A stretch of 64,000 nucleotides of DNA from Minisyncoccota bacterium (GCA_040905715.1 JBBDRA010000003.1:7075-71074), one strand, 5' to 3'. Numbered from the stretch's first letter, positions 1-9,058 are shown. The notes: a model not told the origin generated them from the letters alone. Made by a program: numbers and translations.

Positions 1-628
1 GGTCGGTGACTATGTGGCTATGGGGGCAAAGTTCGCCAAGTGGCGCAACGTGGTTCACATAGGGAAAGACATTCCAACGTCGGAATGTATTCATACCAAT
101 GCTATCAATCTCTCTCGTTACGCCCGTATCTGCCAAGAAGGCGGGTTAGTACCGATCGTTGAGCCGGAGGTTATTCTCAAAGGCGATCATTCCATAGAGC
201 GAGCGGAAGAAGTTACCACCTCGATGCTCTCTGAGCTTTTCTATCAGCTCAAGCGCTACCGGGTTGATCTCTCGGCACTAATCCTCAAGTCGAGCATGGT
301 GCTTCCGGGCGACGAGCACGGTGAACACGCTGAGGCGAGCGTGGTGGCAGACGCAACCGTGCGCACGCTTAAAGCGACCGTGCCGAGCGAGGTTCCCGGC
401 GTGGTCTTTCTTTCCGGCGGGCAGGGTCCTGAAGAAGCGACCGCAAACCTCAACGCAATTGCCAAGCAGGAGCCACTACCGTGGGGTATAACCTTCTCCT
501 ATGCTCGTGCTATTCAAGGTCCGGCCCTCGAGGTATGGAAAGGCAAGAAGGAAAATGTTGAGCCGGCTCGCCAAGTATTCCTCGAACGCTTGCGCTTGAA
601 CATCGAGGCTGACAAGGGTGAGTTATAG
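1..628 (+). CDS. Fructose-bisphosphate aldolase class I, C-terminal portion (5' end cut by window edge)
   Basis: ORF 14..628 in a frame that is open from the window start; class I FBA-like C-terminal motifs (PEVILKGDH, VFLSGGQ...EEATANLNA, ITFSYARA). Confidence 0.8.
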   Translation, partial: VGDYVAMGAKFAKWRNVVHIGKDIPTSECIHTNAINLSRYARICQEGGLVPIVEPEVILKGDHSIERAEEVTTSMLSELFYQLKRYRVDLSALILKSSMVLPGDEHGEHAEASVVADATVRTLKATVPSEVPGVVFLSGGQGPEEATANLNAIAKQEPLPWGITFSYARAIQGPALEVWKGKKENVEPARQVFLERLRLNIEADKGEL

Positions 629-660
629 GACTTTGATCTATCGCTAAATAAATTTTAGGA

Positions 661-696
661 CAAACGCCTAAACGAGCGCTCTCGTTTAGGCGTTTG
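661..696. terminator. Perfect inverted repeat (stem-loop) downstream of the aldolase gene
   Basis: caaacgcctaaacgagcgctctcgtttaggcgtttg, 15-bp perfect stem. Confidence 0.5.
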
Positions 697-786
697 TCTA
701 TTGTGGTAGTTGACATTACCTCTCTCAGGTATAAAGTAGGCCATGGTGTTCATGAGGGCTTTGGGTACTTATCAGGAGTTACGATC

Positions 787-1185
787 ATGGCAGACGACTG
801 GGACGATATCGTTAACGCGTTGGCCACGTACATTCGAGAAGAGACGGCAATTCTCATCAGAGGGAAGGGAAAGAGGAAAGAAGGGTACAAGGTGTCTCCT
901 CGACAAGCGGTTGCCTGTGCGATCCGTTGGCGCGAGATCAAAGATGAAACGACCCCTGTCGACATTCAGACGCTGGCCGATTCGGCGGACGACGCGCTGG
1001 AAGTCTTCTATCGGGAGATCCCGGAGAGCAAGCTGAACTACTTCCTGTTCGATGTTCTTGAAATGTTCAATATCGAGGTTCGATCGAAAGACAGGGTTCC
1101 AAGGGACAAACTCCTGGAGATCGTTCAGGAGGTTGTGGCTAAGGTGAACCCGAAAAAGGGTGCACCCCAGGCAGTCGCCTCATAA
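787..1185 (+). CDS. Hypothetical small protein, paralog 1 of a tandem pair (SPRQ-x2-ACA-x3-WR motif)
   Basis: ATG at 787 preceded by AGGAG; shares N-terminal (VSPRQAVACAIRWREIKDE) and C-terminal (..KVNPKKGA) similarity with the next ORF; followed by an intrinsic terminator. Confidence 0.55.
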   Translation: MADDWDDIVNALATYIREETAILIRGKGKRKEGYKVSPRQAVACAIRWREIKDETTPVDIQTLADSADDALEVFYREIPESKLNYFLFDVLEMFNIEVRSKDRVPRDKLLEIVQEVVAKVNPKKGAPQAVAS

Positions 1186-1234
1186 AACGGTCTGACTCAC
1201 TGTCTGGCTCGTGGCGCTAGCTTTTCTTAGCGAA

Positions 1235-1266
1235 CCCGCTCTCAACGGAGGGCGGGTTTTTTTTAT
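1235..1266 (+). terminator. Rho-independent terminator
   Basis: cccgctctcaacggagggcggg followed by a T-run. Confidence 0.8.
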
Positions 1267-1374
1267 TTATGTACGTCTATGAATTCTATGAGTCACTTCT
1301 TGACCTGCGGTTAGCATGCGTGTAGGTTGTGTACGGGATCGGTTATTTCAGTAACGTCTGACAAGGAGGCGGCC

Positions 1375-1824
1375 ATGAGCGTTAACGGTCAGCTTATATC
1401 GAACTCGTTTGAATTCGTTAAAGAAGAGGTGGGGCTTGAGCTTTCCCCGCGACAGTTTTTTGCCTGTGCATGGTTGTGGAGAGACCGGCGTGAGCCTGAC
1501 CTGACAGCATTACGTAATCAGCAAACAGGCGATCCGGCAGTGATCGCAGTGAGAAAGAGGCTAGGACTGTTGCCGGAGCCTTTTGAACAACCTCCACAGA
1601 AACCAAGAGACGCACGGGAGCTGGCGGCTCAAGCTGATCTGACCATCGGTGTCTTGTGTGGCACTGATGCGGACACAGGTGAGCCGTCCTGTGAGGATGT
1701 GGTCGAGCAGTTTTGCTTAGACCTTCTGAGTCGAATTTCAGAAAAAGCTCTCTTTGAGCTTGTGACATACGTGATGCTTAACATACAAGAAAAAAACGAG
1801 GAAAGGAAAGGAGCCAGGGTATAG
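1375..1824 (+). CDS. Hypothetical small protein, paralog 2 (LSPRQFFACAWLWRDRRE; ..EKNEERKGA)
   Basis: ATG at 1375 with AAGGAGG RBS; homologous to the ORF at 787..1185; the longer ORF from 1327 lacks an RBS. Confidence 0.55.
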   Translation: MSVNGQLISNSFEFVKEEVGLELSPRQFFACAWLWRDRREPDLTALRNQQTGDPAVIAVRKRLGLLPEPFEQPPQKPRDARELAAQADLTIGVLCGTDADTGEPSCEDVVEQFCLDLLSRISEKALFELVTYVMLNIQEKNEERKGARV

Positions 1825-1912
1825 TGGTCGTCACCTAACCTGTAATTGCCCGTACCAGTAAAGTGGTGCGGGCATCTTTTATTACCAAAGGTATTTGCTA
1901 TACTAAAACGTT

Positions 1913-2833
1913 ATGTTTAGTAAACAATTTATAGTACTACTCCTGATCCTTGCCGGGAGTATTGGATTTGCCGGCTATACTTTTTATAGTCCACATCCGT
2001 GTCTTGAGCCACTTCGTTATTCTATCGGTCAGATCGACGAGGAGTTTGATATTGCCACTACAACACTGCACTCGATCCTGGCCGAGGCAGAAGAGCCGTG
2101 GGAGACTGCTGCCGAACGAGATCTTTTCGTATACGACCCGACCGCTGAATTCAAGGTGAATCTTCTTTTTGACGAACGACAAGAGTTTACGAATGAGTCC
2201 GTAGAAGTAAAAGAAGAGCTGGAAGAGTTGCAGACAGAGCGGGAAGAAGTGCTTGCGCGATATCGGTCTCTCTCAGTTCGGTATGAAAACGAAACCGAAG
2301 TGTTTGAAGCAATGCAGGCTGAGTACGAAGAAGAGCTTGCGGTGTACAACGAAGAAGTTGAGCGCTGGAACAGTCAAGGAGGAGCTCCTCCCGCTGTTGC
2401 CGAGGACCTACAGGATCAGCAACAGGAATTAGAGGCTCAGCGTCAGACGCTTCAGGAGAAACAGCAAGAGGTGGTTAGTCTTGTCGATCAGATCGATCGG
2501 GTGGTGGCTGAAGAGCGTGCGATCGTTGATAGATATAATGAAGCAGCGAACACGTACGATGATCGCCACGGTGAGTCACGGGAGTTTGAGCAAGGTCATG
2601 CAACACGCAATGAGATCAACGTGTACCAATTTATGGAACACACCGATCTGCGCTTGGTGCTTACACACGAATTAGGGCACACGCTCGGGATCGACCACGT
2701 GGAAGATCCGGAAGCAGTAATGAATCGCCTGATGCAGGCGCAGTCGCTTGATCCGATCACACTAACGGAAGCGGACACTGATGCGCTTGTCCAGGCGTGT
2801 GAAGATGCATCGTACTGGTTGTTCTGGAATTAA
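1913..2833 (+). CDS. Membrane-anchored coiled-coil zinc metalloprotease (metzincin/matrixin-like HExxHxxGxxH)
   Basis: N-terminal TM helix; long Glu/Gln-rich heptad region; HELGHTLGIDHVEDPEAVM zinc-binding motif with a Met-turn-like M; terminator downstream. Confidence 0.7.
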   Translation: MFSKQFIVLLLILAGSIGFAGYTFYSPHPCLEPLRYSIGQIDEEFDIATTTLHSILAEAEEPWETAAERDLFVYDPTAEFKVNLLFDERQEFTNESVEVKEELEELQTEREEVLARYRSLSVRYENETEVFEAMQAEYEEELAVYNEEVERWNSQGGAPPAVAEDLQDQQQELEAQRQTLQEKQQEVVSLVDQIDRVVAEERAIVDRYNEAANTYDDRHGESREFEQGHATRNEINVYQFMEHTDLRLVLTHELGHTLGIDHVEDPEAVMNRLMQAQSLDPITLTEADTDALVQACEDASYWLFWN

Positions 2834-2864
2834 GATGGCAACCAAGCAAATACAGCAAATACAA

Positions 2865-2900
2865 AACCCGTCGCGCAGAGTACGACGGGTTTTGTATTGA
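2865..2900. terminator. Bidirectional terminator between convergent genes
   Basis: caaaacccgtcgcgcagagtacgacgggttttg hairpin flanked by A/T runs. Confidence 0.7.
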
Positions 2901-2914
2901 TGCGGTCAGTCGGC

Positions 2915-3751
2915 CTAAACCTCTTTGCCGTAAACACCATCTAAAAGATCAAGATCTTTCTTGCTGGTGCGAAGGAGGTCGATGTTCTTTTCTTCAAATG
3001 CCTTAAGCAGAGCGAGGCTTTTCTCGTCGCCGACGTGCTGTTCGAAAAACTCACGCAAGGCAGCAAAGTCTTTAATAAAACAGTGTCCGCCGGCACCACG
3101 ACCTGAGTCGTGCACCGGGTCCATGTGACTGTCGCCAACCCGTGGGTCATGCGCCATTGCCTTCTTCACTTCGTCAAAGTCGCATTCGAGTGATTCGCAG
3201 AGGTCGTACATAAGATTCATGAAGATGACCTTGCTAAAGAGGAAGCAATTGCCGCCGTACTTGATAAGCTCTGCTTCTTTGGCAGAAACGATCCGCTCGT
3301 ACAGTGCATCCGGGAGCACATCGAGCACTTCTTGGGCACGTTTACGGTACTCATCGGTATCAATAGGAATACCGATAATGTTTCTCTTCGGGTGTGCGGC
3401 GTCGGTGGCGGCGCTTTTTTCTACTAAAAATTCCGGAGAGTGGAGAACGTAGCGGTCCGGGTACTGTGTCTGTATCGATTCGGTCGTGCCGGGCGCGATG
3501 GTGGATTTAATAACTGCTGTTTTGCCTGTGCCGACAAGTCCGATCACGCTTCGCAGGATGCTGTCGTCAAAACCATCAGGTGTAGTGGGTGTGGGGACGG
3601 CGATCAGCACAATGTCACAGTCAGCGATCGCATCTTTGTTTTGTTCAAATGGAGCTTCTTTAGCGTAGCGGACAATATTAAATCCACGATTCTCGAATTC
3701 GTCCGCGTAATTTTTGCCGATAAATCCTTGGCCGATAAATCCAATTTTCAT
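2915..3751 (-). CDS. Short UDP-glucose/GDP-mannose dehydrogenase family protein (nucleotide-sugar dehydrogenase)
   Basis: N-terminal Rossmann GxGxxG (IGFIGQGFIG); catalytic-Cys-like region GGHCFIKD; 278 aa. Confidence 0.65.
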   Translation of the reverse strand: MKIGFIGQGFIGKNYADEFENRGFNIVRYAKEAPFEQNKDAIADCDIVLIAVPTPTTPDGFDDSILRSVIGLVGTGKTAVIKSTIAPGTTESIQTQYPDRYVLHSPEFLVEKSAATDAAHPKRNIIGIPIDTDEYRKRAQEVLDVLPDALYERIVSAKEAELIKYGGNCFLFSKVIFMNLMYDLCESLECDFDEVKKAMAHDPRVGDSHMDPVHDSGRGAGGHCFIKDFAALREFFEQHVGDEKSLALLKAFEEKNIDLLRTSKKDLDLLDGVYGKEV

Positions 3752-3793
3752 GATGTGTGGTGGTTAGAAGTAAATGGTCTCTGTGCGACGGTG

Positions 3794-4771
3794 CTACGGG
3801 GTTGTGACCGGAAGTTCGGCCAAAGGATTACAGGCCTTGTGTATCGTTGTGCCGTTTTTCTGGCTACGGGCTGTTGTGGTGGATGTCCCAAGCAGTGTTT
3901 CTCTGTCGAGCGTGACTGTGGCAACAAGGCCGCACCGAACCGCCGGATGCCAGTATTGGTCGAAGACAAAGTTTCCAAGTGAGTACAGTATGAGGCCCTC
4001 GCCGTAGGTTTCTGTTGTTTGGACGACGTGGGGGTGGGTCCCGACAACAAGTGTTGCGCCGGCATCCACAAAGCGACGGGCAAGATCACGCTGAAATACT
4101 GTTGGCGTACTCTGATATTCCTCTCCCCAGTGAGCTAGAACCACTGTGTGGTCAGTGGTTTCGCCGGCGCGCTCAATCGCCGAAACCGTTTCCGCGCCTG
4201 ATTGGCCGGTGAATTGATTGTAGGCGATAAACGCTATTGAAACACCGTTGATGGTCGTGGTGGCGGCACGCGGTTTGTCATACGGATCGCCAATAAACTG
4301 TATGTCGGCTTGGGTGAGGTGGTGTTTTGTTTGGCGAACGCCGTCAGGGCCGAAGTCGGTGATGTGATTGTTGCCGATCGAGACAAAGCTGATGTTGTTC
4401 GCGGTGAGAAACGCGAGACTTTCAGGAGAGAAGGTGAAGCGCATATTGTTCTGGTCACCGATATAGGTGTGCTCACTAAGCGAGGGTGTGGTCGTGACCG
4501 GTCCTTCGAGATTGCCGAGAATAAGGTCGCTTTTGTTAAATACCTCATTGAACCCGACCGCTATGTTCTCGAAGCCGTGACCCGCTCCGGTTTGCGGGCG
4601 TGCTTTTTTGAGGATGTAGCGGTCGAGCATGATGTCGCCGACAAAGGTGAGCGTGGCCGATTCATCTCCGAGTGAGAGCGCGAGCGGAGAAGCGGGGACC
4701 GTGAAGAGGGGCACGCCAAGTATGGCGAGGGCACTTGTTCCAAAAAGAGAAAGTCTGAGAAGGCGGTTCAT
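3794..4771 (-). CDS. capA: CapA/PGA_cap family metallophosphoesterase (poly-gamma-glutamate capsule synthesis-like), secreted
   Basis: Signal peptide; GDIMLDR, GNLEGP, IGNNH, GTHPHV, SLGNF motifs typical of the CapA family. Confidence 0.75.
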   Translation of the reverse strand: MNRLLRLSLFGTSALAILGVPLFTVPASPLALSLGDESATLTFVGDIMLDRYILKKARPQTGAGHGFENIAVGFNEVFNKSDLILGNLEGPVTTTPSLSEHTYIGDQNNMRFTFSPESLAFLTANNISFVSIGNNHITDFGPDGVRQTKHHLTQADIQFIGDPYDKPRAATTTINGVSIAFIAYNQFTGQSGAETVSAIERAGETTDHTVVLAHWGEEYQSTPTVFQRDLARRFVDAGATLVVGTHPHVVQTTETYGEGLILYSLGNFVFDQYWHPAVRCGLVATVTLDRETLLGTSTTTARSQKNGTTIHKACNPLAELPVTTP

Positions 4772-4873
4772 TTTCTTTTACTATAATCAATACTATAACC
4801 AAGAGTGGCTGATACGTCGAATCACGGTGCATTTGGGAATAACACCCCTTACCAAGCGGTAAGGGGTGTTTAT

Positions 4874-4903
4874 TTGACAGGTGAACGAACGTTCACGTAT
4901 ACT
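4874..4903 (+). promoter_or_regulatory. lexA promoter (TTGACA-18-TATACT) with an embedded Cheo-type LexA box GAACGAACGTTC at 4883..4894
   Basis: Palindrome tGAACgaacGTTCa lies between the -35 and -10 hexamers; ATG of lexA sits 10 nt after the -10, making it nearly leaderless. Confidence 0.7.
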
Positions 4904-4912
4904 GTATTTCGT

Positions 4913-5497
4913 ATGGGTACTAAAACAACCACCTATGAGAAGGCAGTTATTGAATTGCGGACGTTTCACCGTCGGCACAAACGCATGCCGAGTTTTGCCG
5001 AGCTTGGTGAATTGGTCGGGCTTAGATCTAAGAATGCGGTCTCGAAACTTATCTCGAAGCTTTCTGAGAATGGAGTCGTGGACAAGGATAGTACCGGTCG
5101 GCTTATTCCGCTCGATCTCGAGGGCGAGCTTAAAGTACTCGGCTCGGTCGAAGCAGGTTTCCCATCGGCAGCAGAAGAAGAACTTTTGGACACCTTGAGC
5201 CTCGATGAGTATCTGGTTGAGAACAAGGAAGCGAGCTTTCTTCTCGAAGTGAAGGGCGAGTCGATGATCGATGCCGGTATCCGCGAAGGTGACTTGGTTA
5301 TTGCCGAGCGAGGTGCAACACCGCGGTCGGGCGACGTGGTGGTTGCTGAGGTAGATGGCGAGTGGACTATGAAGTATTACCGCACGAAAGGATCGAAGAT
5401 CTGGCTGGAGCCGGCCAATAAAAAGTTTAAGCCGATCTATCCGAAAGAGGAACTGCAGATCGCGGCGGTGATAAAAGGAGTTGTTCGTAAATACTGA
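4913..5497 (+). CDS. lexA: LexA repressor (S24 peptidase)
   Basis: N-terminal wHTH (MPSFAELGELVGLRSKNAVSKLISKL); C-terminal S24 Ser/Lys region (GESMIDAGIREGDLVI..EWTMK); the longer ORF from 4805 is unlikely to be the true start. Confidence 0.85.
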   Translation: MGTKTTTYEKAVIELRTFHRRHKRMPSFAELGELVGLRSKNAVSKLISKLSENGVVDKDSTGRLIPLDLEGELKVLGSVEAGFPSAAEEELLDTLSLDEYLVENKEASFLLEVKGESMIDAGIREGDLVIAERGATPRSGDVVVAEVDGEWTMKYYRTKGSKIWLEPANKKFKPIYPKEELQIAAVIKGVVRKY

Positions 5498-5500
5498 TCT

Positions 5501-6709
5501 ATGCACATACTACACATTGATGGTGATAGTTTCTTCGCAAGCGTGGAGCAGGCGCGTGATCCGTCGCTGAAAGGAAAACCGGTCGTGACCGGCAAAGAGC
5601 GAGGTGTGGTCACGGCGGTAAGTAAAGAGGCAAAAAAGTGCGGAGTGGTCCGCGGGATGCCGAGCTGGGAGATCAGGCAGAAGTGCCCGGAGATACAGTT
5701 CGTACAGTCTGACTACCGTCTGTATTCAATGGTGTCACAGCGGATGTTCGCGATCGCTCGCCGACATTGCGAGATCGTGGATGAGTATAGTATCGATGAA
5801 TTCTTCGCGGGGGTGTCGGGCAAGAAAGAAGAAGCAGAGCGGGTGGCGTGGCAGGTTAAAAACGAGATCCAGCGCGAGCTCGGTATTACCGTGTCGGTCG
5901 GTGTGGCGTCGAGTAAGGTGCTAGCCAAGGTTGCTTCTAATTGGTCAAAACCCGATGGCTTTACTTCGTTCAAGGATGTTGATGTTTCTTCGAACCTGCG
6001 TCAGCTTAACTGCGAGAATGTTTGGGGTATTGGCTCGAGCACTGCGCTAACCCTTGCGCGTTTGGGTGTGCGTACTGCCGAGCAGTTTCGCTCGTGTTCA
6101 CACGGATGGGTGCGGGCGCACTTGAGTAAGCCCTACGAAGAGATCTGGTATGAGCTGCAGGGCGTGTCGGTAATGCCGCTTGATGTGCCGGCACGAACCC
6201 GCCGATCTCTCAGGGTATCGCGTACGTTCAAGCCTAGTGCGTCTCGGGAGACGGTCATGCGCGAGTTCTCGAGAAACGTCGAGCGAGCATGCGAGAAAGC
6301 TCGCCGAAAAGGGCTCGTTGCACGGCGGGTAAGCGTGTTCCTTAAAACCCAGCAGTTTGAGGGCGCAACCGTGGAGGTTCCATTGGTGACCGCGAGTGCG
6401 TCGTCTCACCAGATCCTTGACTGGGTTATCGATGCGGCGCATGAGTTGTTTCGACCCGGCACGGAGTATCGAGCCACCGGTATCGTGCTGGCCGATCTTA
6501 TTGATGCACAGCACCTCCAGGCTGATCTGTTCGGGGCGCACGAGCAGAGCACAGCCTACGAGCCGCTTTATACGGTGCTCGACACGATCAATCGCCGTTT
6601 CGGCGGTGGTCATATTGCGCTTACGTCCAGTCTTGGAGCTCAGGGAAGATCTGCTCCCTCGAACCCTCTCCGGCGCCTTTGGTTACCGCTCTTGGGGGAA
6701 GTGAAATAG
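5501..6709 (+). CDS. dinB: Y-family DNA polymerase (DinB/Pol IV-like), 4 bp downstream of lexA (SOS operon)
   Basis: HIDGDSFFASVE catalytic-aspartate motif, palm/finger/little-finger arrangement, 402 aa. Confidence 0.8.
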   Translation: MHILHIDGDSFFASVEQARDPSLKGKPVVTGKERGVVTAVSKEAKKCGVVRGMPSWEIRQKCPEIQFVQSDYRLYSMVSQRMFAIARRHCEIVDEYSIDEFFAGVSGKKEEAERVAWQVKNEIQRELGITVSVGVASSKVLAKVASNWSKPDGFTSFKDVDVSSNLRQLNCENVWGIGSSTALTLARLGVRTAEQFRSCSHGWVRAHLSKPYEEIWYELQGVSVMPLDVPARTRRSLRVSRTFKPSASRETVMREFSRNVERACEKARRKGLVARRVSVFLKTQQFEGATVEVPLVTASASSHQILDWVIDAAHELFRPGTEYRATGIVLADLIDAQHLQADLFGAHEQSTAYEPLYTVLDTINRRFGGGHIALTSSLGAQGRSAPSNPLRRLWLPLLGEVK

Positions 6710-6710
6710 G

Positions 6711-6756
6711 TCTGTCGGGAACTCTATGGCTAGCTCTAGAGCCAGCTCTAGAGTTA
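6711..6756. repeat. Tandem palindromic 12-mers (agctctagag x3) between convergent genes; likely bidirectional terminator
   Basis: gctagctctagagccagctctagagttagctatagag. Confidence 0.45.
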
Positions 6757-7059
6757 GCTATAGAGTTCGTGCTTTACCGTCTCCGGGTCCTTTGTATAGA
6801 CGTAAAATTGTTGAAGTGCGCCGGTTCCTTGAACCTTGACGATAAGGCCGGCTCCTTGCCTGCCGTCGGGTAGGCTGATCGGAAGGCACTTTATTCTTGG
6901 CGTGCGAGAGCGGTTTGACTCGATCGGGCCGATAACGATCTTGGTAACCGAATCGAGTTTACGGATACGGTCGAGCACCGCCAGCGCGTCCTGGATGACG
7001 GTCTGGTGGGTTGTGGTGATCTTCGGATCAGCAGATAGTTTGTTGCGGGGAGTGGTCAT
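6754..7059 (-). CDS. Hypothetical protein (101 aa)
   Basis: ORF fills the gap between dinB and the FNR-like gene; mixed beta/alpha composition; no recognisable family; weak RBS. Confidence 0.4.
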   Translation of the reverse strand: MTTPRNKLSADPKITTTHQTVIQDALAVLDRIRKLDSVTKIVIGPIESNRSRTPRIKCLPISLPDGRQGAGLIVKVQGTGALQQFYVYTKDPETVKHELYS

Positions 7060-7112
7060 GGGCTAGAAGTGTATATGCTACACTACACGTTGTTAAATCG
7101 ATTGCAATACGT

Positions 7113-7808
7113 ATGGCTTACCCAACAAGATTGATAAAGAAGGAGATCGTGGCAGAGGGAACGATTGTACTTCATCTAAAAAAACCTGAAGAGTTTTCCT
7201 TCAAGCCGGGTCAGCATATTGATCTGGGTATAGAAAATATGAGCGAGAGCGATGATCTGGGTAGCGTTCGAACTCTTTCGCTCGTGAGTGCGCCGCATGA
7301 AGACGAGCTAGCAGTGGCGACATGTCTTCGCAACACGGCTTTTAAGCGTGAGTTGCAGAAACTCGAGGTGGGTGCAGATAATCTCTCGATCGACGGGCCG
7401 TTCGGGAATATGACACTACATTCACGCAGTGAACGGCCGGCAGTGATGCTTGCCGGCGGTATCGGCATTACGCCGTTCGTTTCGATGATCCGCCATGCCG
7501 AGCACGAGAATCTGCCGCACACCATTACTGTACTGTATTCCGCTCATACAGCCAAAGACACGCCGTTTCTCGAAGAGCTTTCCGAAACAGCGGTGCGCAC
7601 TGATCGTCTCGCGTTGGTCTCAACGTTAACGCAGGAGGACGGGAAGAGAATCGATGAAGACCTGATTCGAGCGAGTGTGGAGAACATTGCTGACAGCGTG
7701 TACTATCTGGCCGGTCCGCCGAAGTTCGTCAAAGCGATGCAGGATCTGCTTGAGCGTATGGGTGTTGTGGACGATGATGTGCGATTTGAAGAATTTGCCG
7801 GATACTGA
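7113..7808 (+). CDS. Ferredoxin-NADP reductase-like FAD/NAD(P)-binding oxidoreductase
   Basis: RxxS FAD motif (RTLSLVS), GGIGITP NAD(P)-binding motif, 231 aa two-domain FNR layout. Confidence 0.65.
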   Translation: MAYPTRLIKKEIVAEGTIVLHLKKPEEFSFKPGQHIDLGIENMSESDDLGSVRTLSLVSAPHEDELAVATCLRNTAFKRELQKLEVGADNLSIDGPFGNMTLHSRSERPAVMLAGGIGITPFVSMIRHAEHENLPHTITVLYSAHTAKDTPFLEELSETAVRTDRLALVSTLTQEDGKRIDEDLIRASVENIADSVYYLAGPPKFVKAMQDLLERMGVVDDDVRFEEFAGY

Positions 7809-7895
7809 GTTAGGCTCTGGTATTAGGTGTTAGACCTCGTCCGGCAAAGCCGGTTGGGGCTGTTTTTATGGTGAGGTTTGGTATACTAATGAGCA

Positions 7896-8426
7896 ATGGG
7901 CAGAAAACTTGTATACACAGTACTAGGTATTTCGGTTGTCGTATTTCTTTTTGCGGTCGTCTTTTTGCTGTTCTCAGATCAGCAAAGTGAAACTTCGGAT
8001 CTGGAATTTGAGACGGTGAGCACATCAACAGATACCGAGGATGGGTCGAGTAGTGAAACTGATGTTCCTGAAGGTGTTGGATCACAAGCAACTACTACAG
8101 TTAACGCGGATGTATTTGATGAAGAGAAGGCACAAGGAAGCTGTGTGAGTGAGCATGAGGAAGAACTTGAGGAACAGAACTACACCGAAGGGAGTCTTTT
8201 GGTCGCGTTCGAATCTGATATTGAATTTAATGACGCGAGACGGATCATCGAGGTGGAGGGCGCTTCGTTTGGCGATGAGGATTCCGCCGAGTCCTCGTTT
8301 GATGATCAGGGTTGGCTCGAGGTTTCGGTAACCGAAGGCGAGGAGGCACGGTATATGTGCCGATTTGAACGGTATCCGGAAGTGCGAAGCGTTCGGGCTA
8401 ACATGGTTTTTGAATTGCACGAATAA
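7896..8426 (+). CDS. Membrane-anchored highly acidic hypothetical protein
   Basis: N-terminal TM helix followed by a D/E/S/T-rich region; promoter-like TGgTATACT upstream. Confidence 0.5.
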   Translation: MGRKLVYTVLGISVVVFLFAVVFLLFSDQQSETSDLEFETVSTSTDTEDGSSSETDVPEGVGSQATTTVNADVFDEEKAQGSCVSEHEEELEEQNYTEGSLLVAFESDIEFNDARRIIEVEGASFGDEDSAESSFDDQGWLEVSVTEGEEARYMCRFERYPEVRSVRANMVFELHE

Positions 8427-8437
8427 AGAGTGTGTCG

Positions 8438-8504
8438 CAACATGGTATGTGTTCTTAAAGCCCAGATCCTACGCCCAACCACTTTAAGAACACATGCCAT
8501 GTTG
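8438..8504 (+). promoter_or_regulatory. 67-nt near-perfect hairpin (23-bp stem with one G:U, 21-nt loop) between the acidic protein gene and mscL
   Basis: caacatggtatgtgttcttaaag / ctttaagaacacatgccatgttg. Confidence 0.5.
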
Positions 8505-8578
8505 CTTAGGAGAGAGGGTAGGAAAAACATCCTGTTAGGGAACAGATGAGAGGAGAAGAGATTAAAATACTATAGACT

Positions 8579-9058
8579 ATGACATTTTTTAGATCGTTTT
8601 TTAATGAGTTCAAGCAGTTCGCACTGAAAGGGAGCGTGGTCGATCTGGCGGTCGGTATCGTTATCGGTGCGGCGTTTAACAGTATTGTTACATCTCTTGT
8701 TAATGACATTATCACGCCACCGCTTGGGCTACTTATCGGTCGCGTTGATTTTTCAAATTTGTACGTGAATCTTTCCGGAATTGAGTACGATAGCTTTGCG
8801 GCCGCTCAAGCAGCCGGCGCCCCGACGATCAATTACGGATCATTCTTTAATTCATTGTTCAGTTTTGTATTGATGGCCCTTGCGGTGTTCGTGCTTGTGA
8901 AGGTGATCAATCGCCTTCGTGCACAGGAAGCGAAAGATCCTAAAACAACACCGTCGGTGCGCGCCTGTCCGTACTGCTTTAAAGAGGTGTCACGAAAAGC
9001 GATCAAATGTCCCTTCTGTACAGCTGACATTAAGCCGCTCAAAGATGACGCGGTGTAA
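8579..9058 (+). CDS. mscL: Large-conductance mechanosensitive channel MscL with a C-terminal CxxC-x12-CxxC zinc-ribbon-like tail
   Basis: [26 protein letters not shown] signature of MscL TM1; TM2; C-terminus [18 protein letters not shown] replaces the usual helical bundle. Confidence 0.8.
   Translation: MTFFRSFFNEFKQFALKGSVVDLAVGIVIGAAFNSIVTSLVNDIITPPLGLLIGRVDFSNLYVNLSGIEYDSFAAAQAAGAPTINYGSFFNSLFSFVLMALAVFVLVKVINRLRAQEAKDPKTTPSVRACPYCFKEVSRKAIKCPFCTADIKPLKDDAV

Noticed and set aside
4805-4912. Longer LexA ORF starting at 4805
   Set aside because: The extension would begin upstream of the promoter and LexA box and does not align with LexA N-termini. The ATG at 4913 gives a canonical LexA.
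6098-6613. 171-aa minus-strand ORF, one of many antisense ORFs lying inside or largely within real genes (others: 1418..1768, 2029..2349, 4793..5506, 10109..10540, 21261..21863, 22585..23055, 29071..29562, 29963..30583, 32559..33143, 53498..53980)
   Set aside because: Each lies fully or largely inside a confidently assigned gene on the other strand, has Ser/Arg-rich low-complexity composition typical of antisense frames, and lacks an RBS.
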